Shown: positions 34,322-45,129, counted from the first letter of the stretch. The stretch: 64,000 bases of DNA from Flavobacterium sp. (GCF_027531905.1 NZ_JAPZSU010000014.1:24881-88880); one strand, 5' to 3'. Notes: generated by a model not told the origin, from the sequence alone. Translations and numbers: made by a program.

Positions 34322-35161
34322 TTAAACTAATCGCAACTTGTAGGTTACGAAAGATTGGGCCAATAATCCCGCTTTGGAATAATTCGAAACGCGTATTCTT
34401 GATGTGCCGATTTTGTGTGAAGGAGTACGCTCTAACTTGTTCAATAGTTTTTTGTAATACACATAGGCTGTAAAAACACCAAATTTTGCTTCAAGCGGTA
34501 ATTTCTTGATGCCTTCTCTTGCTGCTTTAAAATCCTCATCAATTTCAGCAATAATTGCTTTTTTTGCTTCATCATCAAAAGAACGAAGGTCTACTCCTGG
34601 AAAATAATTGCGATTCAAAACCAGATTGTCGTCTTTTAAATCTCTTAAGAAATTTACTTTTTGAAAAGCAGAACCTAAGCGCATTGCTTCGTCTTTGAGA
34701 GCATCGTATTTTTCTTGATTGCCTTGTACAAAAACCTTAAGACACATTAAACCAACCACATCAGCGGAACCGTAAATGTAATCATCGTATTCGGCCTTAG
34801 TATTATACTCTGATTTTACTAGGTCCATTTTCATACTTTTTAGAAAAGCTTGTACCAAATCATCAGAAATATTGTTCTTTTTTACAGTGATTTGAAAGGC
34901 ATTCAGAATAGGATTCAAACTAATTCCTGATTCCAATGCTTTGTAATAATCGGTTTCAAAATCTTGAATCAATTGTTCTTTTTGATATCCGTGAAAAGAG
35001 TCAACAATTTCGTCAGCAAAGCGGACAAAACCATATATATTATAGATATCTTCTCGAATACTTGGCGCTAGCATTTTTACGGCCAAAGAGAAAGAAGTAC
35101 TATAGCTTTTGGTAACTAACTTACTACACTTAAAAGATACATCATCAAATAATTGCTTCAT
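34322..35161 (-). CDS. crtB: Phytoene synthase
   Basis: YSTSFS, YGFVRFADEIVD, YIYGSADVVGLM, LGSAFQKVNFLRD. Confidence 0.95.
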   Translation of the reverse strand: MKQLFDDVSFKCSKLVTKSYSTSFSLAVKMLAPSIREDIYNIYGFVRFADEIVDSFHGYQKEQLIQDFETDYYKALESGISLNPILNAFQITVKKNNISDDLVQAFLKSMKMDLVKSEYNTKAEYDDYIYGSADVVGLMCLKVFVQGNQEKYDALKDEAMRLGSAFQKVNFLRDLKDDNLVLNRNYFPGVDLRSFDDEAKKAIIAEIDEDFKAAREGIKKLPLEAKFGVFTAYVYYKKLLNKLERTPSHKIGTSRIRVSNYSKAGLLAQSFVTYKLRLV

Positions 35162-35164
35162 AAT

Positions 35165-36631
35165 TTACGCTTCTGAATTTTTTTTATTAATTAACTCTGA
35201 TACTAACTTTCCTGAAATTAATGCAGGTGGAACGCCTGGTCCTGGCACTGTTAATTGTCCAGTGAAATATAAATTGTTTACTTTTTTACTTTTCAATTTT
35301 GGTCTCAAAAAAGCCGTTTGGAGTAGCGTATTGGCCATACCGTAAGCATTTCCTTTATATGAATTATACTCTGAAACAAAATCATTTTTACAAAATGATT
35401 GTTTAAATATAATATTATTTTTTACAGTTTGTTGCGTAAGTTGCTCAAAACGAGCAATTATTTTATCAAAATATTGTTCTCTCAATTCCTCAGAGTCATT
35501 AATTCCGGGTGCCAAGGGTACCAAAAAGAAAGCAGATTCCATACCCTCTGGTGCCGCGGTCGGGTCTGTAAGAGAAGGGAAATTGGCATAAAACAAAGGC
35601 TCTTTTGGCCATTGTGGTTCATCGTAAATATCTTTTGCGTGTTGGTAAAAATCAACATCAAAGAATAAAGCGTGATGCGAAATATTTTCTATTTTTTTTT
35701 CAAAACCTACATAAAACAATAATGAGGAAGGTGCAAAGACACGACTTTCCCAATACGCTTCTGAGTAAGCTCGATACTCTTTGTCCAATAAAGTTTCGGT
35801 ATGATGATAATCGGCACCACTTAGCACTACATCAGAAGTAATCGTTTGTCCGTTGATAACAACAGCTTTGGCTGTTTTGTTTTCGACTACTATTTTTTCG
35901 ATGGCTGCATTGGTAACAAATTTAACTCCCAACTCTCTAGCTAGACTTTCCATAGCTAAAACTACATCAAACATTCCTGTTTTGGGATGCCAAGTGCCTA
36001 AACCAAAATCGGCATAATTCATAAAACTGTAAAACGAAGGTGTATCGGAAGGTTTAGCCCCTAAAAAAAGAACCGGAAACTCTAGAATCTGAATCAGTCT
36101 TGGATTGGTAAACTTTTTACGAACATCTCTGCTGATGTTGCTAAAAAATTGTCCAACTTTTTTGGCCGTTTTAGTAGTTACTAACTCTAATGGTGATACT
36201 CCTGGTCGGTACACCAAATCCTTGATGGCAATATCATAATTGCTTTGGGCTTCTGCCATAAAAGCTCTGAGGACTTTACCACTTCCTTTTTCTATAGCTT
36301 CGAAAGTTTGGGCAATTTCGTCTAAATTATCAGCTATAGCAATAAAATCATTGATTCCAAAATACACTCGGTAGGCTGGAGATAGTTTGATTAGCTCATA
36401 GTAATCGGTAGTTTTTTTTCCAAAATCGGCAAAAAAACGTTCGAAAATATCGGGCATCCAATACCAACTCGGGCCCATATCAAAAGTAAAACCAACGGCT
36501 TTCATCTGCCTTGCTCTTCCGCCAATTGTTGCATTTTTCTCAAAAATAGTAACATCGTGGCCACTTTGGGCCAAATAACAAGAGGCGGATAAAGCAGAAA
36601 AACCGGAACCAATAATTGTGATTTTTTTCAT
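35165..36631 (-). CDS. crtI: Phytoene desaturase
   Basis: IGSGFSAL, FDMGPSWYWMPD, NLYFTGQLTVPGPGVPP. Confidence 0.93.
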   Translation of the reverse strand: MKKITIIGSGFSALSASCYLAQSGHDVTIFEKNATIGGRARQMKAVGFTFDMGPSWYWMPDIFERFFADFGKKTTDYYELIKLSPAYRVYFGINDFIAIADNLDEIAQTFEAIEKGSGKVLRAFMAEAQSNYDIAIKDLVYRPGVSPLELVTTKTAKKVGQFFSNISRDVRKKFTNPRLIQILEFPVLFLGAKPSDTPSFYSFMNYADFGLGTWHPKTGMFDVVLAMESLARELGVKFVTNAAIEKIVVENKTAKAVVINGQTITSDVVLSGADYHHTETLLDKEYRAYSEAYWESRVFAPSSLLFYVGFEKKIENISHHALFFDVDFYQHAKDIYDEPQWPKEPLFYANFPSLTDPTAAPEGMESAFFLVPLAPGINDSEELREQYFDKIIARFEQLTQQTVKNNIIFKQSFCKNDFVSEYNSYKGNAYGMANTLLQTAFLRPKLKSKKVNNLYFTGQLTVPGPGVPPALISGKLVSELINKKNSEA

Positions 36632-36655
36632 TATAAGAGGGGCATTATTTGGGAT

Positions 36656-37552
36656 TTAAATTGCGTCTACTAATTCTGTTATGGATTGAAAAATATGCGT
36701 TTCAGAGGCAATTTTATCTCTATCAATGTTCTCAACCAATCGACCAATAAACCACAATTGCGTTCCATCGCCCAACAACTCCGACTCCATCGTCGAAATA
36801 TAATTATCAATCGCTTCGCGGTCTGGCTGAACTGTCATATATGTAATGTATACAATAGGTTCAAAATTGTTTTTCAACACCTTCAGATTGTCAATTGGCA
36901 TGCTTTCGCCCAAATAAACCGTTTTGTAGCCTTGCAACAAAATTTCGTAATGCAAATACATCAAACCTAGCTCATGAATTTCATTCATTGGCAAAGACAA
37001 TACAAATACTTTACCATGATGTTGTACAGGCTGCGTTTGTAATTGCTCAATATTAATTAGTAATTTTTGTTTAATCAAATAGCTCACAAAATGCTCATGT
37101 GCTGGTGTAATAGTGTCGGTTTGCCATAATAAACCCAATTCATTCATCAAAGGAACAAACACTTGTAAAAAAACCTCTTTGAATGTTTTTTTTGCAATTA
37201 ACCAATCGTACGTTTTAAAAAACAAATCTTGGTCAAAATTCATCATTGCCATTTTAAAATCACTAATTGCGTGATTATTGGCATTTTTGGTAGTGATTAT
37301 CTCACGTACCAATGAGGGATTTTTTTCTTCTGAGTAGGTAGCAATCTTGGATATTTTGTACCCATAATCATGAAGCAAAGTTATGTTTAGTAACTTTTGA
37401 AGACTTTGAAGGTCATATAAACGAATATTAGTATCTGTTCGCATAGGTTGCAAAACATTGTATCGTTTTTCCCAAATACGAATCGTATGTGCTTTAATCC
37501 CTGAGAGGTTTTCTAGGTCTTTGATGCTGAATACATTTTTAATATTGTTCAT
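36656..37552 (-). CDS. carH: MerR-type cobalamin-binding photoreceptor repressor (CarH/LitR family)
   Basis: MerR HTH (SIKDLENLSGIKAHTIRIWEKRY); W-x9-EH (WQTDTITPAHEH); ExHxxG (EIHELG); heads the crt operon. Confidence 0.88.
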   Translation of the reverse strand: MNNIKNVFSIKDLENLSGIKAHTIRIWEKRYNVLQPMRTDTNIRLYDLQSLQKLLNITLLHDYGYKISKIATYSEEKNPSLVREIITTKNANNHAISDFKMAMMNFDQDLFFKTYDWLIAKKTFKEVFLQVFVPLMNELGLLWQTDTITPAHEHFVSYLIKQKLLINIEQLQTQPVQHHGKVFVLSLPMNEIHELGLMYLHYEILLQGYKTVYLGESMPIDNLKVLKNNFEPIVYITYMTVQPDREAIDNYISTMESELLGDGTQLWFIGRLVENIDRDKIASETHIFQSITELVDAI

Positions 37553-37581
37553 TGTTTTTCAAAATTTATTAAACAAAAGTA
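37545..37581 (-). promoter_or_regulatory. carH/crt promoter (-7 TACTTTTG 37574-37581) overlapped by TTGTTCA-N18-TAAACAA
   Basis: Same arms and spacing as 15351-15382; overlaps the -7 element and the start codon. Confidence 0.6.
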
Positions 37582-37611
37582 ACGTTTTTTTTTGATTCAC
37601 AACAAAAAAAA

Positions 37612-38571
37612 TTACAACATCACTTTTTCAAATGTATTAAGGTCATCCAAATGGATTAAGGTATGCGAATGTTTTGCGCTACTTTCAAACATCGATTTAA
37701 ACTTCGCTCCATAAACAACTTCAGAAAAAATATAAGAAGTTCTAGTGGCCACAGTAGTACTATACATGTCGTCAAATGTTTTCACAAAAACTAAAATCTC
37801 TCCTTGTAGGTTTGCAAAATCCTCTTCCGTGAATTGATACAATGGACTTTTATCCGTAATTGGATGTACAATGGTCCAACTCAATACGAGCGTATTTACT
37901 TTGTTGATTTCTAAATCTAAAGTGTAAAATTTATTGGTCAAAACACCATCTTCTTCTATGCTCAATCCTATAGTAGCGTTCACTTCGGAATCGAGGTAGT
38001 TCGTGTTTTTGTAGGGCGCCATTCTAAACATCAAAGCGGTTCCATTTTGATAAGGAGCAATAATTGCATTGTCAGAAAATTTCAAAAAAACTCTAGGCTT
38101 GCTAAAACGTCCAAAAAACAATCCTGTAGCTATCGCAAAACTTAACAATCCGATTAATGCCTCAGCAGCAGAAAGTGAACTCGTTAAAAAACCAACAGGA
38201 CTTATGTGTCCATATCCAACCGTAGTAAAAGTTTGAGCACTAAAAAAATAAGCTTGTCCAAACTGTTCCCATTGACTTTGAGTAGTAGCTATCCCGTTTA
38301 AGTGCTCAATTCCGATAGCGAAATATAAACAAGCAAAAACAAAATTAATCCCCATATAAAACAAAAACAACACACCAAGAAATTTCCATGTAGGCAAATC
38401 CAATAAGGTATGATACCAACTATTACTCTCAAAAAAAGAAAGTCCTAATCGTTTTACTCTTGCATTACCGTCTTTATTTAAAAAACGTTTTCCGTTAAGA
38501 GTTGCATTTGTCCCAAACCCAGTATTGATTATCGGTGTTAATTTGGAATTCAATCGTTTAAAAAGTGCCAT
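37612..38571 (-). CDS. Inward-rectifier-type potassium channel (KirBac-like)
   Basis: Selectivity filter TTVGYG, two TM helices, ARF-like GRFSKP, cytoplasmic SWTIVHPI...SPL. Confidence 0.9.
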   Translation of the reverse strand: MALFKRLNSKLTPIINTGFGTNATLNGKRFLNKDGNARVKRLGLSFFESNSWYHTLLDLPTWKFLGVLFLFYMGINFVFACLYFAIGIEHLNGIATTQSQWEQFGQAYFFSAQTFTTVGYGHISPVGFLTSSLSAAEALIGLLSFAIATGLFFGRFSKPRVFLKFSDNAIIAPYQNGTALMFRMAPYKNTNYLDSEVNATIGLSIEEDGVLTNKFYTLDLEINKVNTLVLSWTIVHPITDKSPLYQFTEEDFANLQGEILVFVKTFDDMYSTTVATRTSYIFSEVVYGAKFKSMFESSAKHSHTLIHLDDLNTFEKVML

Positions 38572-38709
38572 GCCATTTTGCTATTAATTACTAATAAGAG
38601 TATTTTGTTGATTTTTAGATCTTAAAAATAACTAAATAACCTTAGAATTATCAACCACTATTTAAGTATGAGAAAAAAAAAGTATTTTTATGTGCTAAAA
38701 TCAACTTCT

Positions 38710-39087
38710 ATGAGAACACTGTTTTTTATTTTTTCCTTAGCAATTTCTCAATTGTATGCTCAAAATCTCAAAACGTCCATTCCTCTAGGATCTTTTCAAC
38801 CTAAATTGGCGTTTTCAAATTACAACAGCATTCAATTTACATATCCGAATTTTAGTTTCAAAACGCATACTACGCCCTATTCGTTGAATGTGTATAATCC
38901 AACTAGCGGTTTGAACGATGCATTTTATTTAAAAAACCAAGAGGCAAAATACAGTAAATCGTTTTATATTCCACAAAACGCTTTGTATGCGAGAGGAACA
39001 AAAATAGATTCTTTTAACCCTTATGGAACCAACAATTTTGGAGCTGCTTTGGCTCTTGGAGTTATAGATTTATTGCTCAACAAATAA
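38710..39087 (+). CDS. Hypothetical secreted protein
   Basis: Signal MRTLFFIFSLAISQLYA; KIDSFNPYG motif; ORF track start 38668 is probably too far upstream. Confidence 0.6.
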   Translation: MRTLFFIFSLAISQLYAQNLKTSIPLGSFQPKLAFSNYNSIQFTYPNFSFKTHTTPYSLNVYNPTSGLNDAFYLKNQEAKYSKSFYIPQNALYARGTKIDSFNPYGTNNFGAALALGVIDLLLNK

Positions 39088-39115
39088 ACCTACATAACCC
39101 AAAAAACAACCAACG

Positions 39116-40003
39116 ATGAAAGAAATCACCAAAGCAGACATTAGCCAAGAAGTTTTTGATTTATATGATGATTATGCTCATAACAAAATTGAAAGAAGGC
39201 AATTTATTGAAAAATTATCGCTTTTTGCTGTGGGAAGTTTGACTGTCCCTACCCTACTCAATTTTATGACACCAAATTACAAGGACACTCAAACTATCGC
39301 AGCCGATGACCCAAGATTAGAATCAGCTATGATTAGCTATGCGTCTCCAAAAGGAGGCGGCACAATCAAAGGATTACTTTCTAAACCAACTGACAAAAAG
39401 AAAAAACTACCCGGTATTATTGTCGTTCATGAAAACAGAGGCCTAAATCCTTACATTGAAGACGTTGGAAGAAGAGGGGCGCTAGAAGGTTTTATCACAT
39501 TAGCTCCTGATGCTTTGAGTCCGCTTGGTGGATATCCAGGAAATGATGATGCTGGTCGGGAATTACAAAAAAAACGTACCCGTGAGGAAATGCTTGAAGA
39601 TTTTATTGCTGCTTACGACTTTTTAAAAAATCATAAAGATTGTAATGGCCATGTAGGTGTGGTAGGATTTTGTTTTGGCGGATGGATTGCCAACATGATG
39701 GCCGTTCGCATTCCAAAATTAGGTGCTGCTGTTCCGTTTTACGGAGGACAACCAAGTGCAGATGATGCTGCTAAAATAAAAGCACCGCTTTTGATACAAT
39801 ATGCAGCCTTGGACACTCGAGTAAATGAAGGTTGGCCCGCCTATGAAACCATTTTAAAACAAAACAAAGTTGATTATACCGCCTATATCTACCCCGATGT
39901 AAATCACGGTTTTCACAACAATACTACGCCAAGATATGATGAAAAAGCAGCTACATTGGCTTGGACAAGAACCATTGACTTTTTCAAAAAGAATCTAAAA
40001 TAA
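39116..40003 (+). CDS. Dienelactone hydrolase family (YghX-like)
   Basis: FDLYDDYAH...[18 protein letters not shown] nucleophile, HGFHN. Confidence 0.92.
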   Translation: MKEITKADISQEVFDLYDDYAHNKIERRQFIEKLSLFAVGSLTVPTLLNFMTPNYKDTQTIAADDPRLESAMISYASPKGGGTIKGLLSKPTDKKKKLPGIIVVHENRGLNPYIEDVGRRGALEGFITLAPDALSPLGGYPGNDDAGRELQKKRTREEMLEDFIAAYDFLKNHKDCNGHVGVVGFCFGGWIANMMAVRIPKLGAAVPFYGGQPSADDAAKIKAPLLIQYAALDTRVNEGWPAYETILKQNKVDYTAYIYPDVNHGFHNNTTPRYDEKAATLAWTRTIDFFKKNLK

Positions 40004-40037
40004 GTCGTATTTATAAAAGACATACCACAAGAGCACT

Positions 40038-40676
40038 ATGCAATACCCCAATAAAAATCAAAAATTTCCACTCGAAAACTACACAAGATTATGCTTTTTA
40101 AAAAACATCATCACCAATCCCAATATTATCGTTGGAGATTACACCTATTATGATGATTTTGAAGATGTGGCTAATTTTGAAAAAAACGTAAAATACCACT
40201 TTGATTTTATAGGCGATCAATTGATTATTGGTAAGTTTTGTATGATTGCCTCTGACGTAACTTTTATTATGAATGGAGCCAACCATCTAACCCAAAGCAT
40301 TAGTTCGTATCCCTTCGCCATCTTTGGTCACGATTGGCAAAATGCTATGAAAGACAAAACATATCCCAACAAAGGAAATACAATAGTGGGCAACGATGTT
40401 TGGATTGGTTACAACGTTACAATTTTACCAGGAATAACAATTGGTGACGGTGCCATAATTGCAGCCAATACAACAGTAACCAAAGATGTTCTACCGTACT
40501 CGATTGTTGGTGGTAACCCCTCAAAAGTAATTAAAAAAAGATTCTCAGATGAAAAAATTGAAACACTTTTAGAACTTAAGTGGTGGGATTGGGATATAGA
40601 AAAAATCACAGCCCATGTTACTGAGCTAACAGGAGATAGTATCACTAATTTGAAAGCTATTGCAAATGAGAAATAG
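40038..40676 (+). CDS. Vat/CatB-family hexapeptide O-acetyltransferase
   Basis: IIVGDYTYY, LIIGKFCMIA, GANH, GNDVWIG..V.ILPG..IGDGAIIAA, PYSIVGGNP, WWDW. Confidence 0.9.
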   Translation: MQYPNKNQKFPLENYTRLCFLKNIITNPNIIVGDYTYYDDFEDVANFEKNVKYHFDFIGDQLIIGKFCMIASDVTFIMNGANHLTQSISSYPFAIFGHDWQNAMKDKTYPNKGNTIVGNDVWIGYNVTILPGITIGDGAIIAANTTVTKDVLPYSIVGGNPSKVIKKRFSDEKIETLLELKWWDWDIEKITAHVTELTGDSITNLKAIANEK

Positions 40677-41319
40677 TCTCCTTCTATTATTTTTGCTCTG
40701 TTTCACTCCCTTTTTTTTCGCACAAGAAAAGATAGTAAATAGTGATCCAGAAGAAATTATTACAGAAGAAGTCACCTATGGAAAAATAGAGAACAACATA
40801 TTCATTTGTAATCTATTCGATTGGAAAATTGCTATACCTGAAGGATTTAAAGTAACCGAACTCAAAACAGCAGATGAACTTCAAAATAAAGGCTATACTT
40901 TTATCAAAAACAATGCTCCAGAAGGCACAGTTGTCCATTCCAAACCTCCTATTTTGATTGGTTTTGAAAGAAATAAATACAACTATTTCAGTTCAAGTTA
41001 CGAATCGCTTAAAGGAGATAAAAAAATAACTTTGGAAGAACACAAGGATTTTTCGGTGCAATTATTAACTAATACCTATACTAAAATAAAAGAGCTCAAA
41101 TCCGAAATAAAAGCTTCAAACCTAAAGTTAGGACCTCGCCAATTCTACAAAATAACAATTAGACTCTACAATGCTAAAAATGACAGACTCGTATTAACAC
41201 AAGAAATCTATAACACTTTCATCAATAATCATTTGCTTAGCGCCTCCATAAACTACACTAATGAAATTACGGGAATGTTATTATACTATAGTCTGAAAAA
41301 ATCTTTTGAAACCAACTAA
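40666..41319 (+). CDS. Hypothetical secreted protein
   Basis: Signal MRNSLLLLFLLCFTPFFFA; no family recognised. Confidence 0.65.
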   Translation: MRNSLLLLFLLCFTPFFFAQEKIVNSDPEEIITEEVTYGKIENNIFICNLFDWKIAIPEGFKVTELKTADELQNKGYTFIKNNAPEGTVVHSKPPILIGFERNKYNYFSSSYESLKGDKKITLEEHKDFSVQLLTNTYTKIKELKSEIKASNLKLGPRQFYKITIRLYNAKNDRLVLTQEIYNTFINNHLLSASINYTNEITGMLLYYSLKKSFETN

Positions 41320-41328
41320 AAATTAAAT

Positions 41329-42174
41329 ATGTCAGTATCACCAATTATAAACGCCACAGAGCTACTAACTATTTACAAAACCGAAAATATCCTTTTGGTT
41401 GATGCTAGTAATGGTCCAAACACTAGACTTAATTATGAGAGCAAACATTTGGAAGGAGCCATTTTTGCTGATGCTAACACACAATTGGCCACTATCGAAA
41501 CTGATGTCGCCATTGGAGGAAGACACCCATTACCTAGCATTGAAGATTTTTCAAAAACTTTGGGCGATTTCGGGATTACTCCTCAAACTTGGGTAGTAGT
41601 TTATGACGATAAAAATGGAGCAAATGCCGCCGCTCGTTTTTGGTGGATGCTACGTGCTATTGGTCACGAAAAAGTACAAGTCCTTAATGGCGGAATTCAA
41701 GCAGCAGAAAAAATAGGTTTCCCTGTAAATTCAGAACCCGTTTCTATAGCAAAAACAGAAAAATATCCTTGTACAACCTGGCAATGGCCTTTGGTTTCGA
41801 TTGATGAAGTTGAAAATGTAGCACAACTTCATTCACATAAAGTAATAGATGTTAGAGAAGCTTATCGCTATAACGGAGAAAGCGAACCTATTGACTTAAT
41901 TGCAGGTCATATTCCAGGTGCAATCAACTTTCCTTTTACTGAAAACCTAGATGAGAATGGTTTGTTTTTAGCTCCAGAGGTAGTAAAAGAAAAATACAAT
42001 GCCATTCTCGAAAAATCTTCTACAGAGAATACCATTGTTCATTGTGGGTCGGGAATTACAGCCTGCCATACTTTACTAACAATGTATTCTGCTGGTTTTA
42101 CTATACCAAAATTGTATGTAGGCTCTTGGAGTGAATGGAGCAGAAACAACAAACCAATAGCTACGAACCAATAA
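41329..42174 (+). CDS. Tandem-domain sulfurtransferase (rhodanese/SseA)
   Basis: GRHPLP, VVVYD, AAARFWWML, GHIPGA, HCGSGITAC, YVGSWSEWS. Confidence 0.93.
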   Translation: MSVSPIINATELLTIYKTENILLVDASNGPNTRLNYESKHLEGAIFADANTQLATIETDVAIGGRHPLPSIEDFSKTLGDFGITPQTWVVVYDDKNGANAAARFWWMLRAIGHEKVQVLNGGIQAAEKIGFPVNSEPVSIAKTEKYPCTTWQWPLVSIDEVENVAQLHSHKVIDVREAYRYNGESEPIDLIAGHIPGAINFPFTENLDENGLFLAPEVVKEKYNAILEKSSTENTIVHCGSGITACHTLLTMYSAGFTIPKLYVGSWSEWSRNNKPIATNQ

Positions 42175-42232
42175 AAGCTGGGTATTTCATTTGAAACAAA
42201 AACAAAATCCTCTATAGTAATTATCAGACACG

Positions 42233-42258
42233 AAAAAAGCCCCAAAAAGGGGCTTTTT
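42233..42258. terminator. Bidirectional terminator
   Basis: AAAAAGCCCC-AAAAA-GGGGCTTTTT between convergent genes. Confidence 0.8.
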
Positions 42259-42276
42259 CTATCAATTAGTTTGAGT

Positions 42277-45129
42277 TTATTTACTCAAGTACATTTTTCT
42301 TCTAGAATACAATTCATAGAATTGATCGTCTTTCAAGTCATCAATAAACAAAATGCTCTCTCCAGTAGATTTCATTTCTGGCCCTAAAGCTTTGTTTACA
42401 TTTTTGAACTTACTAAATGAGAAAACGGGTTGTTTGATAGCATAACCTTTTAACTGTGGATTAAAGTCAAAATCAGTAACTTTACTGTGACCTAACATCA
42501 CCTTAGTAGCGTAATTTACGTAAGGTTCACCATAGGCTTTAGCAATGAATGGTACCGTTCTAGAAGCTCTAGGATTCGCTTCGATGATGTAAACCATATC
42601 ATCTTTTATAGCAAACTGAATATTGATTAATCCTACCGTTTTCAATGCCAAGGCAATTTTCTTAGTATGATCTTTAATTTGTTGCATTACGAATTCCCCT
42701 AAGTTAAAAGGAGGCAAAGTAGCATTACTATCACCAGAGTGTACTCCACAAGGCTCAATGTGTTCCATAATTCCGATGATGTACACATTTTCACCATCAC
42801 AAATCGCATCAGCCTCAGCTTCAATAGCTCCTGCTAAGTAATGATCTAACAGTAATTTATTTCCTGGAATAGACTTCAACAAGTTGATTACGTGTTCTTC
42901 TAATTCTTGTTTGTTGATTACAATTTTCATTCCTTGACCACCCAATACATACGATGGACGAATCAACAATGGAAAATCTAACTTATCCGCTAAAGCCGAA
43001 GCTTCATCAGCAGTCTCTGCAATTCCAAACTGTGGGAAAGGAATTTCTAATTCGGTCAAAAGATCAGAGAAACGTCCTCTATCTTCTGCTAAATCCAAAG
43101 CTTCAAAACTAGTTCCAATAATTTTTACACCATATTTAGATAGTTTTTCAGCTAATTTCAAAGCGGTTTGCCCTCCTAACTGCACGATAACACCTTCTGG
43201 TTTTTCGTGTTTGATGATATCATAAATATGTTCCCAGAAAACAGGTTCAAAATACAATTTATCCGCTGTATCAAAATCGGTAGAAACCGTTTCTGGATTA
43301 CAATTGATCATAATGGTTTCGTAACCACACTCTTTTGCGGCTAAAACCCCGTGTACACAAGAGTAATCAAATTCAATTCCTTGACCAATTCGGTTCGGTC
43401 CTGATCCAAGAACGACAATCTTCTTTTTATCTGTAACTATACTTTCGTTATCAACATAACGCTCTCCATTGGCTTTTTCAATTTCGGCCTCAAAAGTAGA
43501 ATAGTAATATGGTGTTTGTGCTTTAAACTCAGCCGCACAAGTATCAACCAATTTGAACACACGATTGATGTTCATCTTTTCTCTCAACTCGTGTACTTGA
43601 CTCTCTAAGCAACCCATCATATGCGCAATTTGTCTGTCGGCAAAGCCTTTCTGCTTCGCTTCAAGAAGCAATTCTCTTGACAAAGTGTCTACTTTATAAT
43701 TAGAAATCTCTTTTTCTAAGCTATAAAGTTCTTCATATTGTTTTAAGAACCACATATCGATTTTGGTAATTTCGTGAATACGACTCAACGGAATTCCCAT
43801 CGCGATAGCGTCATAAATTACGAAAACACGATCCCAACTAGCAAAGGTTAGTTTCTCGATAATTTGCTCGTAATTGGTATACCCTTTTCCGTCAGCTCCT
43901 AATCCATTACGTTTGATTTCTAATGACTGAGTGGCTTTGTGTAATGCTTCTTGAAACGAACGTCCAATTCCCATCACCTCACCTACAGATTTCATTTGAA
44001 GTCCTAACGTTCTATCAGAACCTTCGAATTTATCAAAATTCCAACGAGGTATTTTTACAATTACATAATCCAAAGTTGGCTCAAATAAAGCTGATGTAGA
44101 TTTTGTAATTTGATTTTGTAATTCATCTAAGTTGTAGCCCAAAGCCAATTTCGAAGCAATTTTAGCAATTGGATATCCAGTAGCTTTTGATGCTAAAGCA
44201 GAAGAACGCGACACACGAGGGTTAATCTCGATAGCAACGATATCTTCTTTTTCATCAGGAGAAACCGCAAACTGTACGTTACAACCTCCAGCAAAATTTC
44301 CGATAGAACGCATCATTAAGATGGCCATATCACGCATTTTTTGGAAAGTAGTATCCGATAAAGTCATCGCTGGAGCAACAGTAATCGAGTCTCCTGTGTG
44401 AATTCCCATAGGATCCATGTTCTCAATAGAACAAATGATTACTACGTTGTCATTTTTATCTCTTAGAAGCTCCAACTCATATTCTTTCCAACCTAGCAGC
44501 GCTTTATCAATCAATACTTCGTGAATTGGTGACATTTCTAAACCATAGGTAAGTTTTTCGTCAAATTCTTCTTTAGTATGCACAAAAGCAGCTCCTGTTC
44601 CTCCTAAAGTAAACGATGGACGAATTACTAACGGAAAGCCAAACTCTTGAGCAATTTCTTTACCTTCAAGGAAAGAAGTAGCTGTTTTAGCTGGCGCTGT
44701 AGGTACATTTATTTTTTGAAGTAATTGTTTGAACTGCTCTCTATCTTCAGTGATGTTGATTGCATTTACATCAACACCAATCATTTTTACTCCAAAATCG
44801 TCCCATATTCCTTTTTCATCAGCCTCCAAACATAAATTCAAAGCTGTTTGACCTCCCATGGTTGGCAAAACAGCATCAATTTCTGGATGCGCTTTAAGAA
44901 TTTCAATGATTGATTTTGTAGTTAAAGGTTTTAGATAAACGTGATCCGCCATAGAAGGATCTGTCATAATTGTAGCTGGATTCGAATTGATAAGAATCAC
45001 TTCAATTCCTTCTTCACGAATAGAGCGTGCCGATTGAGATCCTGCATAATCAAATTCGCAAGCTTGACCAATTACAATAGGACCTGAACCTATTATTAAA
45101 ACGGATTTTATTGAGTTATCTTTTGGCAT
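42277..45129 (-). CDS. carB: Carbamoyl-phosphate synthase large subunit (short form without the C-terminal MGS-like domain)
   Basis: IGSGPIVIGQACEFDYAG, two ATP-grasp units, HTGDS, IEINPRVSRS, EANPRASRT, GPEMKSTGE. Confidence 0.97.
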   Translation of the reverse strand: MPKDNSIKSVLIIGSGPIVIGQACEFDYAGSQSARSIREEGIEVILINSNPATIMTDPSMADHVYLKPLTTKSIIEILKAHPEIDAVLPTMGGQTALNLCLEADEKGIWDDFGVKMIGVDVNAINITEDREQFKQLLQKINVPTAPAKTATSFLEGKEIAQEFGFPLVIRPSFTLGGTGAAFVHTKEEFDEKLTYGLEMSPIHEVLIDKALLGWKEYELELLRDKNDNVVIICSIENMDPMGIHTGDSITVAPAMTLSDTTFQKMRDMAILMMRSIGNFAGGCNVQFAVSPDEKEDIVAIEINPRVSRSSALASKATGYPIAKIASKLALGYNLDELQNQITKSTSALFEPTLDYVIVKIPRWNFDKFEGSDRTLGLQMKSVGEVMGIGRSFQEALHKATQSLEIKRNGLGADGKGYTNYEQIIEKLTFASWDRVFVIYDAIAMGIPLSRIHEITKIDMWFLKQYEELYSLEKEISNYKVDTLSRELLLEAKQKGFADRQIAHMMGCLESQVHELREKMNINRVFKLVDTCAAEFKAQTPYYYSTFEAEIEKANGERYVDNESIVTDKKKIVVLGSGPNRIGQGIEFDYSCVHGVLAAKECGYETIMINCNPETVSTDFDTADKLYFEPVFWEHIYDIIKHEKPEGVIVQLGGQTALKLAEKLSKYGVKIIGTSFEALDLAEDRGRFSDLLTELEIPFPQFGIAETADEASALADKLDFPLLIRPSYVLGGQGMKIVINKQELEEHVINLLKSIPGNKLLLDHYLAGAIEAEADAICDGENVYIIGIMEHIEPCGVHSGDSNATLPPFNLGEFVMQQIKDHTKKIALALKTVGLINIQFAIKDDMVYIIEANPRASRTVPFIAKAYGEPYVNYATKVMLGHSKVTDFDFNPQLKGYAIKQPVFSFSKFKNVNKALGPEMKSTGESILFIDDLKDDQFYELYSRRKMYLSK

